Positions 9,396 to 19,031 of a stretch of DNA of 64,000 nucleotides are shown here, piece by piece. The DNA lies in NCBI GenBank assembly GCA_963664405.1, contig OY761158.1, positions 2,144,001 to 2,208,000 of the forward strand, written 5' to 3'. Position 1 is the first letter of the stretch. Every line of letters begins with the position of its first letter. This DNA comes from Thermoanaerobaculia bacterium (lineage in GTDB: Bacteria > Acidobacteriota > Thermoanaerobaculia > Multivoradales > Multivoraceae). Under the pieces are notes generated by a model. The model made no database searches and was not told the origin of the DNA. It worked only from the letters and a program-made list of their open reading frames with translations. The translations under genes and the position numbers were made by a program.

Positions 9396-12194
9396 TTAGG
9401 GCACTTTCCTCTCCACCCAGATCGGAGAGCTCCACGCCATCTGGCCGTCGCGTTGCTGCACTCGCGTGTAGTAGAAATTGCTGCCCGGCTCCGCCTCCAG
9501 GTCGCGAAAGCTCAGCGCTACTTCGCTCTGCTCCGGCCGTACCGAGTAAATGACCGTGTTGTTGCGCAAGATCTCAGCGGTGGCGATGGCGCCGGTGCCC
9601 ACCGCTTTGACCCGAATCTCGGGCACCTCGCCGACCACCGTGACGTCGTCTCCCATAAAGTGATCGCCGACCCAGAACTCGAGAACGATGTTGTCGGTGG
9701 CGGCGTAAGTGCGGCGGGCCTTCATCGCTTCCAAGAGGGCTTCGCGGCTGCGCTCGGGCACCCACACCATGGCGTAGGAGATGTGAGTCGAGAAGTGATC
9801 GGAGCTGGCGACGACACCGATCCGAAGGCCTTTGGACCAGGCGTTGGAGACGAAACCGGCAGCCTTGGGTGTAGTGGTGGCGGCTTGTGGGGTCGAGGCG
9901 ACATCGCTCAACGGCGCACCCGGAGCTTCATAGCTGTGGCGGTCGCCCTGATAGATCTCGACCAGGGTCTCGACCTGGGGATCGTTGTCGCTCCAGTCGG
10001 TGCCGCTCGAGGTAGCCGTGGTGTGGGGGATGGTGATGCCGCCACTGCGTCGAATCGCCTCGTGGAGCAGTCGCGTGTCGTCCTCCAGGACCCCGGGAGC
10101 CGAGTTGTGGAAGCGCACACTGGCGAAGCCCTCGTATTTCGAGTGCTGATAAAACGGCAGCGGCAGCTGACCACGCTCGGCATGAATGATGTTGCGGTGC
10201 CCCATCGGAAACTGGATCGATCGCTCGTAGCCGAAGAGAGCGACGTAGCGCTCTGGCGCATGGAAGAGATCGGCGAGCTTCTCTGACAGCCACCACCAGT
10301 ACTCCCGATCTGCGCCGCCCTGATGGTCGGTGATGAGACCGAAGTCCATTGCCGCGGCGTCGAGCATGTAGCGGTAGAAGTCGATCACCGAGCCGTCCGG
10401 AAGAGCCCGCGAATCCAACGACAGCTCGGTGTGGCGATGGGTGTCGCCGCGCAGGATCTGGAGAGTCTCGCCACCCGCCCGCACTCGCCAAGCACGGATA
10501 CGCGCCACGTCTCCAGCCTCGTCGGCGTGACCTGGCGGACGATGGGAGTAGGGGGCTGCCTGCGGGGGTCCGGTCGAGAAACCGGCGTCGCTCGAGGGCT
10601 CCCAGCGAGCCGCATAGACATTCTCGATCACCGTCTCCTCAGGAAAAGTGAGAGTCGCGCCAAAGCCGGGAAAGCCATCTCGAGGCCAGGTGAGCCACAG
10701 CCCGCCATCACTCGAGGGCGCCGTATCGGCGAGCATCGACAGGCGCCCCTCGCTGAAAGGCACGATTGCCGGCTTGCTCCAGCCGGAATCGCTCATGGTA
10801 GCCACCCACAACCGCCAGGATTGGGCGAAACCGCCCTCGCTCTCGAAAGCGCGCATCAGAAGATGGATCCGCCCACGATCGTCCAGTGCGAGGCGGGCCG
10901 AGGACACCGACGGCCTCTTCGAGCCGCCAAAGTAGCCCTCGAAAATGGCCTTGCGCGGAGCAAAGAGGCTCTCGAGCTCGGGCTTGGCAGCGGTCCACGA
11001 ACCGCCCTCGAGCACTCTGACCTGCACTCGACGGTCCAGATTCAAGGTCGAGCCGGGTGCCTGCGCCTTGTCGATGAGGAGCCCCTGGTCCTTGCCCCAC
11101 CCCCGTTCGCCCTCTTCGTAGGCCACCCACACTCGATCGCGGTCATCGACTACGATGCTGGGAGAAGCCTCGAAAGTATCGTCAGACGTGAGCGCGAAAA
11201 TCTCGCCAAGGCCTCCGTCCGTGATGGTGCGACCGACGATGTCGTAGTTACCTCGATCGTAGCTGTCCCAGACCACCCAAGCGCTTCCTTTCGAATCGAC
11301 GGCAACGTCCGGCGCCCAGTCATTGGCGGGGCTCTCCGAGACCCTGAGCTCGGGGGACCAGGTGGAGCCGTCGAAGCTCATATGGAAGATGTCGGACTGA
11401 CCCCGACGAAATCCCTGCCACACCAGATGCAGCGAGCCATCTTCAGCGCGGCTCAAGCGTTGGTTGAAGTCGCCGCCGGGCTGCGAGCTGAGACGCTCGA
11501 GGCGGCCCCACCTCTCACCGTCGAACCATCGGCCATAGAGGTCGAAGTTCGCCGCCCAGAGCTCCTGCTGTGCCCAGACAACCCAGAGCCGGCCCGCACG
11601 GTCGAAACCCAGAGAGGGCCGCCAGACGTCACCACTGACTCCGGGCACCGGGCTCCACACGCCCCACTTCCCGTCGCTGGGATCCCTGTGGGCGAGGCGC
11701 AGCTCGTCGCGGCGGCCTGAGTAGCTCACCCAAACCATCCAGACGGAGTCCCGGTCTGCTGGATCGGAGGCGATCGAGGGGAAGTCGTCGCTGCGAAAAT
11801 CATCGCTCAGGCGCACCGCATCGTGGAAGCGATCATCGACCTCCGGCCACGGGGCCGGCACTCTCGCCTCGAGAAAGCCCCTGGCCCAGTCGGGGACCTC
11901 CGGGTCGCGGAGATTCATCTCGAAGACAGCGGGAGCGTCGGGTCGTACCCTTCCCGGCGAAAAGGGATGGGCGGCGGAGCCGGGGTTAGCCCTTCCCTGG
12001 TCGAAGATCTCCGAGGTATTGCGACCTTCGGGGCGCGCCGGCGGAAAGTCGAGAACCTGAGGGGAAGGAGCGTTCTCGCTGGAGAGTAGCGGGCGACCGG
12101 ATTCCTGCACCCAGACCCCGACCGGCACCAGAGCGGCGCCGAGAAAGGCCAATGCCAGCACGGCGGGGCGAGAGCTCCCGCGTTCTCTCGTCAT
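9396..12194 (-). CDS. DUF3604/PHP-like metallohydrolase with an N-terminal beta-propeller-like region
   Basis: GDTHRHT, TDH, GHRN, IPHT, SSDH and RRTYAAT motifs. The ORF-track extension to 12704 overlaps the next gene, so the start was placed at MTRERG. Confidence 0.8.
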   Translation of the reverse strand: MTRERGSSRPAVLALAFLGAALVPVGVWVQESGRPLLSSENAPSPQVLDFPPARPEGRNTSEIFDQGRANPGSAAHPFSPGRVRPDAPAVFEMNLRDPEVPDWARGFLEARVPAPWPEVDDRFHDAVRLSDDFRSDDFPSIASDPADRDSVWMVWVSYSGRRDELRLAHRDPSDGKWGVWSPVPGVSGDVWRPSLGFDRAGRLWVVWAQQELWAANFDLYGRWFDGERWGRLERLSSQPGGDFNQRLSRAEDGSLHLVWQGFRRGQSDIFHMSFDGSTWSPELRVSESPANDWAPDVAVDSKGSAWVVWDSYDRGNYDIVGRTITDGGLGEIFALTSDDTFEASPSIVVDDRDRVWVAYEEGERGWGKDQGLLIDKAQAPGSTLNLDRRVQVRVLEGGSWTAAKPELESLFAPRKAIFEGYFGGSKRPSVSSARLALDDRGRIHLLMRAFESEGGFAQSWRLWVATMSDSGWSKPAIVPFSEGRLSMLADTAPSSDGGLWLTWPRDGFPGFGATLTFPEETVIENVYAARWEPSSDAGFSTGPPQAAPYSHRPPGHADEAGDVARIRAWRVRAGGETLQILRGDTHRHTELSLDSRALPDGSVIDFYRYMLDAAAMDFGLITDHQGGADREYWWWLSEKLADLFHAPERYVALFGYERSIQFPMGHRNIIHAERGQLPLPFYQHSKYEGFASVRFHNSAPGVLEDDTRLLHEAIRRSGGITIPHTTATSSGTDWSDNDPQVETLVEIYQGDRHSYEAPGAPLSDVASTPQAATTTPKAAGFVSNAWSKGLRIGVVASSDHFSTHISYAMVWVPERSREALLEAMKARRTYAATDNIVLEFWVGDHFMGDDVTVVGEVPEIRVKAVGTGAIATAEILRNNTVIYSVRPEQSEVALSFRDLEAEPGSNFYYTRVQQRDGQMAWSSPIWVERKVP

Positions 12195-12196
12195 TG

Positions 12197-13030
12197 CTAC
12201 GAATCTTCCTGAAAGGGGCGAGGCAAGTCTCGGAAGGGTTTGTGCACCGACTCCGTCGCGACCTTCCAGCCCTTCTCGTCTGCCAGCTTGCGGAAATCCT
12301 CGATGAACTTGTTGTTGGTCCGTGCGATCACATCGATCTCGATTCCAGTCTTGAGCACGTTTGCAAGACCCATCTCTTCGACCACTCGGTTGACCATGGT
12401 CTTGTTGAAGGACAGCAGCTCCGACGGAACCAGCGCGATCCGGTTCGCCAGCTTCAGGACTTCCGAGTCGAGCTTCTCTTCCGGTACGGCCTTGGCCACC
12501 AGACCGATCTCCTCCGCCTGCTTGCCGCTGATCCCGTCTCCGGTGAACATCATCATCTTGGTCCACTGCGGCCCCGCATGGTAAACGCCCATATGGAGGT
12601 AGCTGATCGCCCAGCCCCGCACGTGGGGATTCAGAATCACAGCATTCTCTGCGGCAATGATGATGTCGCACTGCCCCGCCAGCTCCAGCCCGCCCGAGAC
12701 ACACTGGCCGTGGATCTGGGCAATGACCGGCTTACGCAGGTTCCATGTGGTCGAGACCTTCTCGTTCCAATCCTGCCGTCCGACCCAACCGTCGTGGCTG
12801 GAGATGTCGGCATACTCCCTGGACTCCACCATCGTGTAGCCCGAACAGAAGGAGCGGCCTGCTCCTTTGATGATGACCACCCTGACATCGTCGTCCTGCT
12901 CCGCCGATTTCAGAGCGTCGACCCACTCCTCGAGCATCGGCTCGATGATCGAGTTGAGCGTTTCCGGCCGATTGAAGGTGATGGTGGCAACCCGGTTCTC
13001 TATGTCGTAAAGGATGTGTTCGTAAGCCAT
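12197..13030 (-). CDS. Enoyl-CoA hydratase/isomerase family protein
   Basis: TFNRPETLN, GRSFCSG, KPVIAQIHG, GGLELA. Confidence 0.9.
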   Translation of the reverse strand: MAYEHILYDIENRVATITFNRPETLNSIIEPMLEEWVDALKSAEQDDDVRVVIIKGAGRSFCSGYTMVESREYADISSHDGWVGRQDWNEKVSTTWNLRKPVIAQIHGQCVSGGLELAGQCDIIIAAENAVILNPHVRGWAISYLHMGVYHAGPQWTKMMMFTGDGISGKQAEEIGLVAKAVPEEKLDSEVLKLANRIALVPSELLSFNKTMVNRVVEEMGLANVLKTGIEIDVIARTNNKFIEDFRKLADEKGWKVATESVHKPFRDLPRPFQEDS

Positions 13031-13045
13031 ATTCGATCCCTCGCT

Positions 13046-14263
13046 TCAGACAACGACGTCATTGGCGCGCAGAGCGTCGATGTCGTCTGGTGAAAAGCCC
13101 GCCCCTAGCAGCACCTCCTCGGTGTGCTCACCGATAGCGGGCGCCGGCGCCGATACAGCGGCGCGGGTGCGGCTGAAGGTGACCGGCGTAGCAACATAGT
13201 TCAGGGTCCCGGCGACGGGGTGCGGAGACTCGTAAAAGAAGTCGTTGGCGAGAACCTGTGGGTCTGTGATCGCCTCCTCATAGGTCTGTACCGAGCTGTA
13301 GATGCAGCCGTTCTCGCGCAGACGGGGCAGCCAGTCTGTGAGATCTCTGGTGGCAAAGACCTCGTCCAAGATGGCGATCAGCTCCAAGCTGTTCTTGTCT
13401 CGGCCCTTCGCGCTCGAGAAGCGGAGATCCTGCTCGAGGTCTTGCCGCTCGATGGCAGCGCACAAGCCGGGCCAGTCCTTGTCCGACTCCAGCATCGAAA
13501 GCATCATCCAACGATCATCGCGAGTGCGATACACATTGGCGAGAGGGTTGTTCGAATCGGTGCGGTCGAATCGGTGCCCTTCGAGCCCCATCAGGGCCGG
13601 TTCGATATCGAGACCCAGGGTCCACAGGGCTGAGTGGAAGAGAGAGACGTCGAGCTTTTGCCCCAACCCGCTCCTCCCTCTCTCCAAGATGGCACCGAGG
13701 ACTCCCATCACCAGATGATCCCCGGTGATGCGATCGAGCATCGCCGGACGCATGACCACCAGATTGGCTCCCGGCTCGGTGATCGCCTGTGACAGGCCCG
13801 CACGCCCCCACAGAAGCTGGTCATAGCCTCGCTCATCTTTGTCAGGGCCCATGGCACCGAAGCCGGTGAGAAGGGCATAGATGAGTCGCGGGTTGATCGC
13901 GCTCAGCGTGTCGTAGTCGAGGCCCAGCTTGTCGAGAGTGCTCGCCTCGTAGTTGGAGAGAAAGATGTCGGCGCCCTCGACCAGACGATGCAGCACCGCT
14001 CGGCCCTGCTCCTTTCTGAGGTCGACAGCCAATCCCTTCTTCCCTCGGTTCAACAGCTCGACGAGCCAGTTGACCTGACCGCCCTCCATCTCCATCACCG
14101 GATCCGCTTCCAGGTGACCGCGGTAGTGCCGCATCCACTCCCCGCTGAGGGGCTCGACCTTGGTGACATCCGCCCCCCAGTCCGCCAACAGCGACGCCGC
14201 GGAGGGGCCCGCCACCACGTGACCCATGTCGATCACCTTCAAGCCATCGAGTACGCGTTCCAT
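13046..14263 (-). CDS. CoA transferase, family III (CaiB/BaiF)
   Basis: LADWGADVTKVE, NRGKKGLAVDL, GYD. Confidence 0.92.
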   Translation of the reverse strand: MERVLDGLKVIDMGHVVAGPSAASLLADWGADVTKVEPLSGEWMRHYRGHLEADPVMEMEGGQVNWLVELLNRGKKGLAVDLRKEQGRAVLHRLVEGADIFLSNYEASTLDKLGLDYDTLSAINPRLIYALLTGFGAMGPDKDERGYDQLLWGRAGLSQAITEPGANLVVMRPAMLDRITGDHLVMGVLGAILERGRSGLGQKLDVSLFHSALWTLGLDIEPALMGLEGHRFDRTDSNNPLANVYRTRDDRWMMLSMLESDKDWPGLCAAIERQDLEQDLRFSSAKGRDKNSLELIAILDEVFATRDLTDWLPRLRENGCIYSSVQTYEEAITDPQVLANDFFYESPHPVAGTLNYVATPVTFSRTRAAVSAPAPAIGEHTEEVLLGAGFSPDDIDALRANDVVV

Positions 14264-14344
14264 TCAGTACCTCCGGCCCTCGAGTCAATAAAGAAGCTTA
14301 CTCAGCACCGATGACTTCCGAGCCATGATAGAAAAGGCCGAATT

Positions 14345-14360
14345 TAGACTGGTCATTTTA
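14345..14360. promoter_or_regulatory. Putative TetR-type operator in a divergent promoter region
   Basis: Reverse complement TAAAATGACCAGTCTA matches the 6781 site at 14/16 positions. Confidence 0.55.
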
Positions 14361-14428
14361 CTTAAGTTCTGGCGCTTGGCTAGCCCGCCATGCTTTCCAG
14401 GAGCAAGAGGATCGTGGAGGATCGAGCA

Positions 14429-16033
14429 ATGGAAGCTCCGAGCGAGTCAGCTGAACCGACAGGCCCGCCCCAGGAGACCGATCGGTACTCCTGGTACACC
14501 CTCTCGGTACTCGTCGTCTGCTACCTATTCAACTACATCGACCGCAATATCCTGTCGATCCTTGCGGAAGACGTAAAGGCGGATCTCGGCCTGGCCGATG
14601 CCCAGATCGGCTTCCTCTACGGCACCGCCTTCGCGGTCTTCTACGCCGTTTTCGGCATCCCTTTCGGACGGCTGGCAGACTCTTGGGTGCGTAAGAACCT
14701 GATCGCGATCGGTCTCTTCTTCTGGAGCATCATGACCGCGCTCACCGGCACCGCTCGAAGCTTCGGCGCCCTGGCCGCTTACAGAGTCGGCGTAGGCGTA
14801 GGCGAGGCCAGTCTCAGCCCTAGCGCCTACTCGATGATCGTCGACCTCTTCCCGCAGAAACTGCGAGCGACCGCCCTCGCTCTCTACTCCAGCGGCATCT
14901 ACTTCGGCGCGGCGCTCGGCTTTGCTCTCGGCGGCTTCATCGTCGACTTCTGGAATGGAACCTTTCCCGACGGCTCCGCTCCCTTCGGGCTCGCCGCATG
15001 GCAGGCCGCCTTCATGATCGTCGGTGTGCCTGGTATGGCCGTTGCCGGCTGGGTCTGGACCCTGCGCGAGCCGGTGAAAGGTCAACAAGAGGGCATCACA
15101 GTCTCTTCTCCAACCCGACCGGAGCCCTTGAAAGAGTTCGCCGCCGTAGTTCCACCTTTCACCTTCATCAACCTCTGGCGCTCCGGGGCCGGGCCCAAGG
15201 GGATCGCCTTCAACCTTCTCGGCGCCGCCGCTCTCGCGGCTGTCGCAGCCGCCATGATCGCCTGGACTGGAGACTACGCCCAGTGGATCGCCCTCGCGAT
15301 CGGAGTCTACGCCGCCTTCTCCTGGGGTCAGGGCCTGGCTCTGAGCGATCCCGAGACCTTCCGGAACATTCTCGGCAGCCGCGCTGTCATGTACTCCTGC
15401 GTCGGCTTCGCAAGCCTGTCCTTCGTCACCAATGGCCTCGCCTTCTGGACAGCTCCTGTCCTCCTCCGTAACTTCGATGCCTCACCGACAAAGGTCGGCA
15501 CCTTGATGGGCGCGGGAGTGGCGATTGGAGGCTTTCTGGGCGTCACTGCGGGAGGATTGATCTCCGACCGTATGAAGGCGCGGACCACCAACGGCCGAGT
15601 GAATATGGGTCTGCTCACAGTCGCACTCAGCGTTCCCGCGATGATGTTGATGCTGACCGCCTCGAGCTTGGCGATGGCGTCCTTCTACTTCCTGTTCAGC
15701 GTCGGCCTGGTCTCGCTGTGGATCGGCCCCGCCGCCGCGGGTGTGAACGAGCTGGTGCCACCCCAGATGCGCTCCACCGCCTCGGCCATCTATCTCACTC
15801 TCAACACCTTCATCGGCTTCGCTCTCGGCCCCTTTGCGGTCGGCAAGATCAGCGACAGCCTCGTGACAGCAGGCCAGTCGAGCGGCGATGCCCTTCGCCA
15901 CGCGATGATGCTCAGCATGTTGTTCTGGATCGTCTCGGTGTTCTTCCTGTGGCGCGCGCGTAGCTATATTGGTCCAGCCGAAGCCAGAGTCAAACAGATG
16001 GCCGTAAAGGTGACCGAGCCCGACGCAGCCTAG
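14429..16033 (+). CDS. MFS transporter (spinster-like)
   Basis: FNYIDRNIL, GRLADSWVRK, many hydrophobic helices; GGAGG RBS. Confidence 0.9.
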   Translation: MEAPSESAEPTGPPQETDRYSWYTLSVLVVCYLFNYIDRNILSILAEDVKADLGLADAQIGFLYGTAFAVFYAVFGIPFGRLADSWVRKNLIAIGLFFWSIMTALTGTARSFGALAAYRVGVGVGEASLSPSAYSMIVDLFPQKLRATALALYSSGIYFGAALGFALGGFIVDFWNGTFPDGSAPFGLAAWQAAFMIVGVPGMAVAGWVWTLREPVKGQQEGITVSSPTRPEPLKEFAAVVPPFTFINLWRSGAGPKGIAFNLLGAAALAAVAAAMIAWTGDYAQWIALAIGVYAAFSWGQGLALSDPETFRNILGSRAVMYSCVGFASLSFVTNGLAFWTAPVLLRNFDASPTKVGTLMGAGVAIGGFLGVTAGGLISDRMKARTTNGRVNMGLLTVALSVPAMMLMLTASSLAMASFYFLFSVGLVSLWIGPAAAGVNELVPPQMRSTASAIYLTLNTFIGFALGPFAVGKISDSLVTAGQSSGDALRHAMMLSMLFWIVSVFFLWRARSYIGPAEARVKQMAVKVTEPDAA

Positions 16034-16335
16034 GAGCGTGTCCGAGAATTCGGACAGGCGAGTAGTTCTTAGGGGGGGATGGGCCGGAGAACGGGCCGCA
16101 GGCCCGTTTTCCGGGGCTAGGAGCGTGTCCGAGTATTCGGCCAGAGCCGTTTCCCGGAGCGAATAGGAAGCAACGCCTGAGTGCGCCGTCCTCGGCGCCA
16201 AAAGACAACTAGGCGGAGGAAATGATAGCCATCATTTCTGGAGCCTAGGAGCGTGTCCGAGAATTCGGACAGGCGAGTAGTTCTTAGGGGGGGATGGGCC
16301 GGAGAACGGGCCGCAGGCCCGTTTTCCGGGGCTAG
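16030..16335 (+). repeat. Tandem A-B-A array of CTAG-bounded units
   Basis: CTAG at 16030, 16117, 16245 and 16332; two identical 87-bp A units; all three units start CTAGGAGCGTGTCCGAGWATTCGG. Confidence 0.9.
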
Positions 16336-17933
16336 GGGCCATGCGAAGCGGACCACTGGTCGCGCAGCTCGGTCTTTAGGATCTTCCCCGAGGCATTCAA
16401 GGGAAACTCGTCGACAAAGATCCACTGGCGCGGAGCCTTGTAGGGGGCGAGGTGAGCACGGACGAACTCCTTCAACTCGTCCTCCTCGGGCGGTTGACCC
16501 ACCGGCCTGATGAAAGCTGCGACCTCCTCGCCCCACTTCGGGTCAGGGACACCGAGGACCGCCACTTCAGCGACCGCGGGATGATCGAAGAGGACGTCCT
16601 CGATCTCCTTCGGATAGATGTTCTCGCCGCCTCGAATGATCATGTCCTTCAAACGGCCGTGAATCTTGGTGTAGCCGCGCTCATCCATCGAACACAGGTC
16701 ACCGGTGTGCAGCCAGCCTTCCTGGTCGATCGCCCTCGCGGTCTCTTCGGGCATCTCGAAGTAGCCGTGCATGACCAGATAGCCGCGAGTGCAAAGCTCG
16801 CCGACACTACCCGTAGACACCGTCTCACCACTCTCTGTATCGACGATCTTGACCTCGGTCTGAGGCAGCGGCGGACCCGCCGTCGTCGCCTTGTCCTCTA
16901 CGCTGTCATCGGGATGGTTCTGAGTGATGCCTGGAGAGGCCTCGGTCTGTCCGTAGGAGATCGAAAAGCTCACCCCGAGCGTGCCTTCGATCCGTCGCAC
17001 CAGATCGGGGGGCACCGAAGTGCCACCCGAACAAACGGTCGTCAACGAGGAGAGATCTCGGGTCACAAAATCGGGATGCTCCATGATCTTGATCAGCATC
17101 GTTGGGACCCCGGGCAGGAAGCTGACCTTCTCGCTCTCGATCAGCTCGAGCATCAGGCCGGGGTCGAACTGTTCGACCAGAACCTCGGTCGCTCGCTCCC
17201 ACACAGCCCCGAACACCGCCAGCCCGCCGCCGCTGGAGTGGAATAGAGGAACGGCGTTGATCCACACCGGCCCCATGCGACCCCGCACCGCGGTCAGCCG
17301 CGCATTGTTGACCATGCCTCGATGATGAAGAAGCGCCCCCTTGGGGAAGCCGGTCGTGCCGGAGGTGTACTGGATCTGCACCGGCGCCTCGGGACTGACC
17401 TCGGGGAACGACGTGGAGGCAGAGGCGGTCGCGACGAACTCACCCCAGTGGTCGAAATCGAAGACAGTTCGGAGCTCGGGAAGCTGTGAGCGCACCTCGC
17501 TCAGCGACTCCTTCATTTGATTGCCGCGGTACTCCGACACCAGGAAGATCCCCGCAGCGCGTGACTGCGACAAGACGTAGGCCAGCTCCTTGGGTCGGTA
17601 GGCCGGGTTGACGGTGACGAGCACCATTCCTGCCAGCGCCGCTCCAAACTCGAGAAAGAGCCACTCCGGCAGATTAGGCGCCCAGACCGCTACCCGTTCC
17701 CCAGGCTCGAAGTGCTCGAGCAGGCTTCTCGCAGCGGCCTCGGCCTCGGCGAGGAACTCGGCGTAGCTCCATCGCCTTCGCTCTTCGGCGAGCGGGGCTC
17801 CCTCCACCAAGAAGGTGTGCTCAGGCACTTCCGCGGCGGCCTGGCGAAGAAGCTCGCCGACGGTGAGCTCGAGGATCTCCTCCGAGTCGTCCGCGGCCCA
17901 GTAGGAATCCGTCAAGGAGCGGGAGGTACGCAT
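16332..17933 (-). CDS. AMP-dependent acyl-CoA synthetase
   Basis: YTSGTTGFPKG, YGQTE, LHTGD, SGKILK. Confidence 0.93.
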   Translation of the reverse strand: MRTSRSLTDSYWAADDSEEILELTVGELLRQAAAEVPEHTFLVEGAPLAEERRRWSYAEFLAEAEAAARSLLEHFEPGERVAVWAPNLPEWLFLEFGAALAGMVLVTVNPAYRPKELAYVLSQSRAAGIFLVSEYRGNQMKESLSEVRSQLPELRTVFDFDHWGEFVATASASTSFPEVSPEAPVQIQYTSGTTGFPKGALLHHRGMVNNARLTAVRGRMGPVWINAVPLFHSSGGGLAVFGAVWERATEVLVEQFDPGLMLELIESEKVSFLPGVPTMLIKIMEHPDFVTRDLSSLTTVCSGGTSVPPDLVRRIEGTLGVSFSISYGQTEASPGITQNHPDDSVEDKATTAGPPLPQTEVKIVDTESGETVSTGSVGELCTRGYLVMHGYFEMPEETARAIDQEGWLHTGDLCSMDERGYTKIHGRLKDMIIRGGENIYPKEIEDVLFDHPAVAEVAVLGVPDPKWGEEVAAFIRPVGQPPEEDELKEFVRAHLAPYKAPRQWIFVDEFPLNASGKILKTELRDQWSASHGP

Positions 17934-17965
17934 CGTCTCACCCTTTCTTTCTCAGCTCGAGAAAG

Positions 17966-17981
17966 CAGACTACCTGGTCTA
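17966..17981. promoter_or_regulatory. Putative TetR-type operator
   Basis: CAGACTACCTGGTCTA, 32 bp upstream of the acyl-CoA synthetase. Confidence 0.5.
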
Positions 17982-18024
17982 TCCGGGCTTAGGAAGCGGT
18001 ATTAGGCCTAGACCGCTCCCCCCC

Positions 18025-18870
18025 TTACGGCGTCCCCGACAGAGCCTCTCGCAAGAACGATGCGACCTCGCCGATCAGAAGCCGCCCCGCCAGCAGCTCG
18101 TGGTCGTTGTGGTCGGCGCCGGGAATGGCAACGAAGCGCTCTGGGCGGCGGGCGGCTTGGAAGAGGCGCCGGCTCAGGCCGATGGGAACGATGCGGTCTT
18201 CTTCCCCCGCGATTACAAGCAGAGGCGAGTCGATCTCACCGATACGGTCGAGCGACGGATAGCGGTCGCGGAGCAGCAGAGCACGCACCGGCAAGTAGGG
18301 GTAATGAATTCGCCCGACATCCGCCAGCGAGGTAAACGGCGACCGCAGAACAAGCGCGCCCGGAGGGTGCGCTGCCGCCAGAGCCACCGCCACCCCGGCT
18401 CCCAGACTTTCGCCGAAATAGGCGATGCGGTCGCGAGAGAGACCCGTCTCGGTCTCGAGGTAGGCGAGCGCGCCTCGTGCGTCGAGGAGTAGGCCGGCCT
18501 CGCTGGGGTGGCCGGGATTGTCGGCGTAGCCCCGGTAATCGGTTAGCAGAACAACGAATCCCTCGCCTCGAAGAGCCTCGGCCAAGGGAGCACGGAAGCC
18601 TCGATGTCCGGCATTGCCGGGAAAGACGACCACAGCGCCAGCAGCCGGCGAGCTCGGTGAAACGAGCCAAGCGTTGAGACGCAGACCATCCTCGGTCTCG
18701 AAGCTGACCTCGCTTCCTCCGGGTAGCACGTCGCTCACCGGCGGCACCCGGCGTGTCAACGGCAGGTAGATGAGGCGCCTCTGAAAGGTGGCGACCAAGA
18801 CAACCAGCAGCGCGAAGAGCAGCAGTCCGACCGCTACGGCCATGGCAGCTCGCGAGCCGAGAAGTTCCAT
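18025..18870 (-). CDS. Alpha/beta hydrolase with an N-terminal membrane anchor
   Basis: GNAG, DYRGY, GESLG nucleophile elbow, DRIVP, ADHND. Confidence 0.88.
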   Translation of the reverse strand: MELLGSRAAMAVAVGLLLFALLVVLVATFQRRLIYLPLTRRVPPVSDVLPGGSEVSFETEDGLRLNAWLVSPSSPAAGAVVVFPGNAGHRGFRAPLAEALRGEGFVVLLTDYRGYADNPGHPSEAGLLLDARGALAYLETETGLSRDRIAYFGESLGAGVAVALAAAHPPGALVLRSPFTSLADVGRIHYPYLPVRALLLRDRYPSLDRIGEIDSPLLVIAGEEDRIVPIGLSRRLFQAARRPERFVAIPGADHNDHELLAGRLLIGEVASFLREALSGTP

Positions 18871-19031
18871 CAAGTCTGTGGGCTCCTCAGCGTTCCTCGG
18901 TCGCTTCTCTCAGTGGCGCCTCTTCCTACCATCTAGTGCCATGTCGGAGACACAACACTAGCTCGCAACCTCGATTCTAGCTCAGCGACTTATGGCACAA
19001 TGACATCGCAGGCCATCTCCGAAAGAGACCT

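Noticed and set aside
16030-16335. CRISPR array
   Set aside because: Only three 24-bp repeats; the spacers are 63-104 bp, two are identical, they are structured, and no cas genes are present
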